DNA of 64,000 nucleotides from Reclinomonas americana ATCC 50394 (Eukaryota): NCBI GenBank assembly GCA_048213135.1, contig PS015010.1, positions 1,364,001 to 1,428,000 of the forward strand, read 5' to 3'. Shown piece by piece: positions 59,590 to 64,000 of this stretch (position 1 is its first letter; each line of letters starts with the position of its first letter). The notes under the pieces were generated by a model. It saw only the letters and a program-made list of their open reading frames with translations, ran no database searches and was not told where the DNA came from. The position numbers and the translations under genes were made by a program.

Positions 59590-59647
59590 CTCATTACATA
59601 TTTTGAACACACGCCCCGCTGCCGGCAGACATTCTGCCGGGAAGCTG

Positions 59648-60499
59648 TTACGGAGAAGCCAGCTTTTTCAGTTGCTGGCGGCTGCCGTTGAAAATATTTT
59701 TATCAATATTGCCCGCGATGCCCTCTACCTGCCCTTTTTCAGTATACTGCCACAATTGATAGGCCGTCCAGTTACCGGGCATGGTAGGCTTGTCGGTACG
59801 GTAAGATGCCACCCATAAAGGATACTGTTCAAAACCGGTGGGATTGCCCAGTATATCATTCCAGAAACCTTTGGCGGTATAAATAATGGGTTTGCGTTTG
59901 GTGGCTTTCTCTACCTGGTCGAGCCAGTCCTGTATCTTCTGGGCACAGACTTTCCTGTTCTGGATAATATAGTTATTGATGGCCTGCGTTGCCTGCCACT
60001 CCACATCAATCACCGGCGGCAATACGCCTTTTACTTTGAAGTCGATATTACAGGAAAGGAAATTGTCGGCCTGCTCCTTCGCCGTTACGCCCATAAAACT
60101 GAAGAAATGGTAAGCGCCCCGGGTAAAATCAAGACGGGCGAGCTCCGACATATTCGTTTGCAATAGCTCATCTTTGTAAGCCTTACCCTGCGTGGCTTTG
60201 CAGAATACAAATTCCACCTGCCGCTTATTCACCAGGTTCCAGTTGATGGTACCATTGTGGTGTGAAATATCGATGCCCGTTACCGGGTCGGTGGCGGATA
60301 AATAATCGATCACCGCCCGGGTATTGACACCCACGGCGCCATCGGGGCTCAGGTTATTGTCTTTTTGAAAACGGATGACGGCGGATTGGGTATCAGTACC
60401 AAAGATCCCGTCAACAGTAATGGAGTAGCCCAGTTTAAGCAGGGCGGATTGCATTTTTTTTACATCATCGCCCTTAGAGCCTTTTTTCAGAGTAACCAT
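59648..60499 (-). CDS. GH25 lysozyme/muramidase with N-terminal peptidoglycan-binding domain
   Basis: LKKGSKGDDVKKMQ..VDGIFG..TQSAVIRFQ..PDGAVG; GIDISHHNG, KATQG, GAYHFF, IDVE, WQYT. Confidence 0.93.
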   Translation of the reverse strand: MVTLKKGSKGDDVKKMQSALLKLGYSITVDGIFGTDTQSAVIRFQKDNNLSPDGAVGVNTRAVIDYLSATDPVTGIDISHHNGTINWNLVNKRQVEFVFCKATQGKAYKDELLQTNMSELARLDFTRGAYHFFSFMGVTAKEQADNFLSCNIDFKVKGVLPPVIDVEWQATQAINNYIIQNRKVCAQKIQDWLDQVEKATKRKPIIYTAKGFWNDILGNPTGFEQYPLWVASYRTDKPTMPGNWTAYQLWQYTEKGQVEGIAGNIDKNIFNGSRQQLKKLASP

Positions 60500-60606
60500 A
60501 GATACAGTACGCGGTTAGGTGGGTAAATGGACCGGTTGGGTACGATCGTACTGTAAACTTATAAAAGCCTTTCGATTTATTATAATTTATTTTTATGTAA
60601 GACAGA

Positions 60607-61704
60607 TCAGCGTAATGTCCTGGCGAGCTTTCTTTCAAGTGCGGCGCCGCGGAGATTTTTACCAATGATCTTTCCTTCGGGGTCAAGAAGGAAGTTCTGT
60701 GGTATGCTTTGTATACCAAACTGTATGGCCACCGCATTGGCCCAGCCCTGCAGGTCACTTACATGCGTCCAGCCGAGGTTATCCATTTTAATGGCGTCGA
60801 TCCAGGCCGGGCGGGTTTTATCAAGCGAAACACCCAGGACGGTGAAGTTTTTGGATTTGTATTTGTTGTAAGCCGCTACCAGGTTGGGATTTTCCTGGCG
60901 GCAGGGACCACACCAGCTGGCCCAGAAATCTACCAGTACATAATGCCCGCGGAGCGAGGACAAGGCCACCATAGTGCCGGAAGTATCCGCCTGTGAAAAA
61001 TCCGCCAGCAGCGTACCTGTTGCGTTCTTACGGTTCTCTGCCGCCAGTTGGGTAATATAGGTGCCCATGGGCGATGCTTTTACTTCGGGCGACAGGGTAT
61101 TGAACATATTTTCCAACTGGTCCACATCATCGGCCAGCTGGTTATACCGGATGATGGCCAGTGGTGTTATATAGGAATTGTTATGTGTTTTGACAAAATC
61201 GCTGAGTATGCCCATGGCTTTGGCAGAAGCCGCAGAATCGTACTCGCCTCCTTCCGTGAATAATTGTTTATACGGCTCCAGCGAATTGTTGAAGCTTTCG
61301 AAATCGGTATGTGATTTAGAACCGGTGATCACCGCCTTATCTATCGCTGCCTTATCAGCCTTCACCTTAATCTTACTGTTGTCGATAAAGAGTGTGGCAA
61401 AAGGAGGCTGGTTGTTGAAGAGGAGTATTTTAAAATCGGGGCGTTCCACTTTTCCTTTCATCTGGAATTTGCCTGCAGCCAGCGTGGCTGAAGCTTCAGG
61501 AGCACCTGTCTGTCCGTTGAGCAGGGAAACCGCTGTACCGTCGGGGAAACCTGTTATTTCACCGTTGATGATGAATCCGTCAAAAGCCGGAGTCACCGTG
61601 GCCGACTTTACACTCTTGGTTTTGGTACGGGTTGTCTTTGATTTAACCTGGGCTGTTGCCAGCAGTGGCAGTAAACAGATGCCAATGATAACCTGTTTCA
61701 TCAT
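60607..61704 (-). CDS. TlpA-family disulfide reductase (DUF4369 + AhpC/TSA)
   Basis: LVDFWASWCGPCRQENP, SIPQNFLLDPEG. Confidence 0.92.
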   Translation of the reverse strand: MMKQVIIGICLLPLLATAQVKSKTTRTKTKSVKSATVTPAFDGFIINGEITGFPDGTAVSLLNGQTGAPEASATLAAGKFQMKGKVERPDFKILLFNNQPPFATLFIDNSKIKVKADKAAIDKAVITGSKSHTDFESFNNSLEPYKQLFTEGGEYDSAASAKAMGILSDFVKTHNNSYITPLAIIRYNQLADDVDQLENMFNTLSPEVKASPMGTYITQLAAENRKNATGTLLADFSQADTSGTMVALSSLRGHYVLVDFWASWCGPCRQENPNLVAAYNKYKSKNFTVLGVSLDKTRPAWIDAIKMDNLGWTHVSDLQGWANAVAIQFGIQSIPQNFLLDPEGKIIGKNLRGAALERKLARTLR

Positions 61705-61741
61705 CTTGATTTAAACTGCAATTTAACGGCTTTTCGCCACA

Positions 61742-62521
61742 TTAGCCGTGCTGCAGGATGCTATTTAAGAATTCTTTAGTCCTTAGGCGGATGTCGCTTT
61801 TACCGTCCAGGGCCTGTATATAAGCGCTGCCAATGATGGCCCCCTGTGTATGCCGGGCGGCGGCTGTAAAGCTTTGCCTGTCGCGGATACCAAATCCTAC
61901 CAGTACGGGATTTTTCAACCGGAGGTCTTTCAGCTTTGCGAAATAACCCTCCTGCTCTTCTATGGCTTTACTGTTACCCGTGGTGGAAGAAGAAGAAACC
62001 GCATAAATGAAACCGCCGCCCAGTTCATCAATAACACGGATGCGCTCTTCACCGGTCTCCGGTGTTACCAGGAAAATAAAATGCAGGTTATACTTTTTAA
62101 AAAGTTCCCGGTACTGCGTGCTGAATTCATACATCGGCAGATCCGGGAGGATAATACCATCAATACCCAGGGAAGCCGCTTTTTCGCAGAACCGCTCCAT
62201 GCCATATTGCAATACGGGATTCAGGTATCCCATAAGAACTACCGGAACAGTAACAGAAGACCGCATGGCAGCCAGTTGTTCAAACAGCACAGGTATGGAC
62301 ATGCCATTAGCCAGTGCCACAGCGCTGCTTTGCTGTATCACGGGGCCGTCGGCCAGCGGATCGCTGTAAGGCATGCCAATCTCAATCATATCAGCCCCGC
62401 CTTCCTGCAGGGCCTGCAGTACTTCCAGGGTAGCATTCAAATGGGGATATCCTGCCGTGCAGTACACGTTCAGCACATCCTTCTTTTTTTGTTCGAATAA
62501 TATATCCAGCCTGTTGGTCAT
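61742..62521 (-). CDS. trpA: Tryptophan synthase alpha chain
   Basis: EIGMPYSDPLADGPVIQ, LMGYLNP, LPDLP, VGFGI, IIGSA. Confidence 0.97.
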   Translation of the reverse strand: MTNRLDILFEQKKKDVLNVYCTAGYPHLNATLEVLQALQEGGADMIEIGMPYSDPLADGPVIQQSSAVALANGMSIPVLFEQLAAMRSSVTVPVVLMGYLNPVLQYGMERFCEKAASLGIDGIILPDLPMYEFSTQYRELFKKYNLHFIFLVTPETGEERIRVIDELGGGFIYAVSSSSTTGNSKAIEEQEGYFAKLKDLRLKNPVLVGFGIRDRQSFTAAARHTQGAIIGSAYIQALDGKSDIRLRTKEFLNSILQHG

Positions 62522-62524
62522 CGG

Positions 62525-62884
62525 TCAGAATTTTGTTGCCGGCACCACTTTGATCTCCCTGCCATCGAGAAAGATATGGTGATAGGCGGGTTTCGCATCT
62601 ATATCAAGCGTAACACGGAAAAGGGATTGACTGGCACCGTCTTTGGGAAAATTGACCTTAATACTATCGCCATCCCTTGTTATCGTGTATGCCTTACCGT
62701 TAAAGTCACTGTTCATGCACTGCTGAAACTCGTAACGTTCCCCATTGATGTTGGAGATCATCCGTATGGGTACATTCTCCTTCCCGCACTCGCCGATTTT
62801 TTCAAACTTAAGCTCGTGATTGATGAAGGAGGAACTGCAGGAGTTGAAGAAAATGATGATGCCGGCCAGTAAAGTGTATTTCAT
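62525..62884 (-). CDS. Small lipoprotein, hypothetical
   Basis: MKYTLLAGIIIFFNSC lipobox-like; lies between trpB and trpA. Confidence 0.7.
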   Translation of the reverse strand: MKYTLLAGIIIFFNSCSSSFINHELKFEKIGECGKENVPIRMISNINGERYEFQQCMNSDFNGKAYTITRDGDSIKVNFPKDGASQSLFRVTLDIDAKPAYHHIFLDGREIKVVPATKF

Positions 62885-62915
62885 AAAAGTTAAAAATTAA
62901 AAAATCAAGAAACTG

Positions 62916-64000
62916 TTATTGAAGAAACTTCATGTAGGTGGCAAGATCTTTATCTCCTCTCCCGCTCAGGCACACCACCACGTTGTCGCCCGGGTTGAAA
63001 CGGAACTGGTTCAGTGCATGCAGGGCGTGAGCGCTTTCCAGCGCGGGGATGATGCCTTCAAGCCTGCACAGTTCCATGGCCGCACTGATCGCTTCATCAT
63101 CGGTAGCACTTAAAAATGCGGCCCTGCGGGTTTCAAAAAGATGCGCATGCAATGGGCCGATACCGGGATAGTCGAGTCCCGCGGATATGCTGTGCGGTTC
63201 CACTACCTGCCCGTCTTCTGTTTGCATCAGCAGGCTTTTACTGCCATGCAGGATGCCCGGTTTGCCCAGTTGTGTTGTAGCGGCGCTCTTACTGCTGTGG
63301 ATACCACAACCGGCGGCTTCTACCGCAACAAGCTGCACCTGTTCTTCTTCCAGGAAATGATAGAATGCACCTGCCGCGTTGCTGCCACCACCTACGCAGG
63401 CGATCACATGCGTGGGCATGGCGTTACCCGTTTTTTCCTGCAGTTGCCATTTTATCTCTTCGCTGATCACACTCTGGAAGCGGGACACCATATCCGGGTA
63501 AGGATGCGGCCCCACTACTGAGCCGATGATGTAATGTGTATCGGAAGGATTATTGATCCAGTCGCGGATGGCTTCATTGGTCGCGTCTTTCAGCGTTTGG
63601 CTGCCACTGCGTGCGGGCACTATTTCTGCACCAAGCATTTTCATACGGGCCACATTGGGTGCCTGCCTTTCCATATCCTTCTCGCCCATATACACGATAC
63701 ATTGCAATCCTTTCAATGCGCAAACTGTTGCCGTAGCCACGCCATGCTGACCGGCACCCGTTTCAGCAATGATGCGTTTTTTACCCAAGCGCTGCGCCAG
63801 CAATACCTGCCCGATGGTGTTGTTGATCTTGTGAGCACCGGTATGGCAAAGGTCTTCCCGCTTGAGCCAGGTATTGGTCCCGTATTTTTCGCTTAGCCGT
63901 TCCGCCAAAAAAAGCGGCGTTGGTCTGCCCACGTAATCTTTCAGCAGGCTGTCAAATTCTTTCCTGAATGAAGGATCGCCGATGATGGAAAGATAGTTTT
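62916..64000 (-). CDS. trpB: Tryptophan synthase beta chain (5' end outside window)
   Basis: [48 protein letters not shown]. The frame stays open to the window edge ([27 protein letters not shown]). Confidence 0.97.
   Translation of the reverse strand, partial: NYLSIIGDPSFRKEFDSLLKDYVGRPTPLFLAERLSEKYGTNTWLKREDLCHTGAHKINNTIGQVLLAQRLGKKRIIAETGAGQHGVATATVCALKGLQCIVYMGEKDMERQAPNVARMKMLGAEIVPARSGSQTLKDATNEAIRDWINNPSDTHYIIGSVVGPHPYPDMVSRFQSVISEEIKWQLQEKTGNAMPTHVIACVGGGSNAAGAFYHFLEEEQVQLVAVEAAGCGIHSSKSAATTQLGKPGILHGSKSLLMQTEDGQVVEPHSISAGLDYPGIGPLHAHLFETRRAAFLSATDDEAISAAMELCRLEGIIPALESAHALHALNQFRFNPGDNVVVCLSGRGDKDLATYMKFLQ

Overview
The window looks like a Bacteroidota chromosome, probably Chitinophagaceae. 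This rests on TAnnTTTG promoters, T9SS-cargo proteins and gene content. It has two parts. (1) 1-22.5 kb is an accessory locus: a tightly spaced minus-strand five-gene cluster encoding a predicted outer-membrane beta-barrel with a long coiled-coil insert (814 aa), an FN3/Ig-like secreted protein (~365 aa), a 2607-aa TcB/SpvB-like YD-shell protein carrying PA14 and other binding modules but no RHS core, a LolA-like periplasmic protein (266 aa), and a giant (>2920 aa) RHS polymorphic-toxin gene. The ORF track missed the RHS gene because it runs off the left edge. It holds about nine Cys-rich helical repeats and an RHS core ending in DLDGL. All five proteins have Sec-type signal peptides. This is the best candidate for an undescribed system: a split RHS/BC-type toxin cocoon with a possible dedicated export or assembly kit. 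A divergent small peptide ORF, an orphan LytTR regulator and tRNA-Cys bound the locus. (2) 22.7-64 kb is mostly core genome: dapF, corA, rnpB, pcm, prc-like protease, pgm, valS, ahcY, pdxJ, trpA and partial trpB. It also has a PyrR-like gene frameshifted in an A9 tract, many intergenic 7/8/9-mer repeat arrays, a DUF11/PKD T9SS adhesin and a signal-less PG-binding GH25 muramidase. All family calls come from reading motifs by eye; no searches were run.
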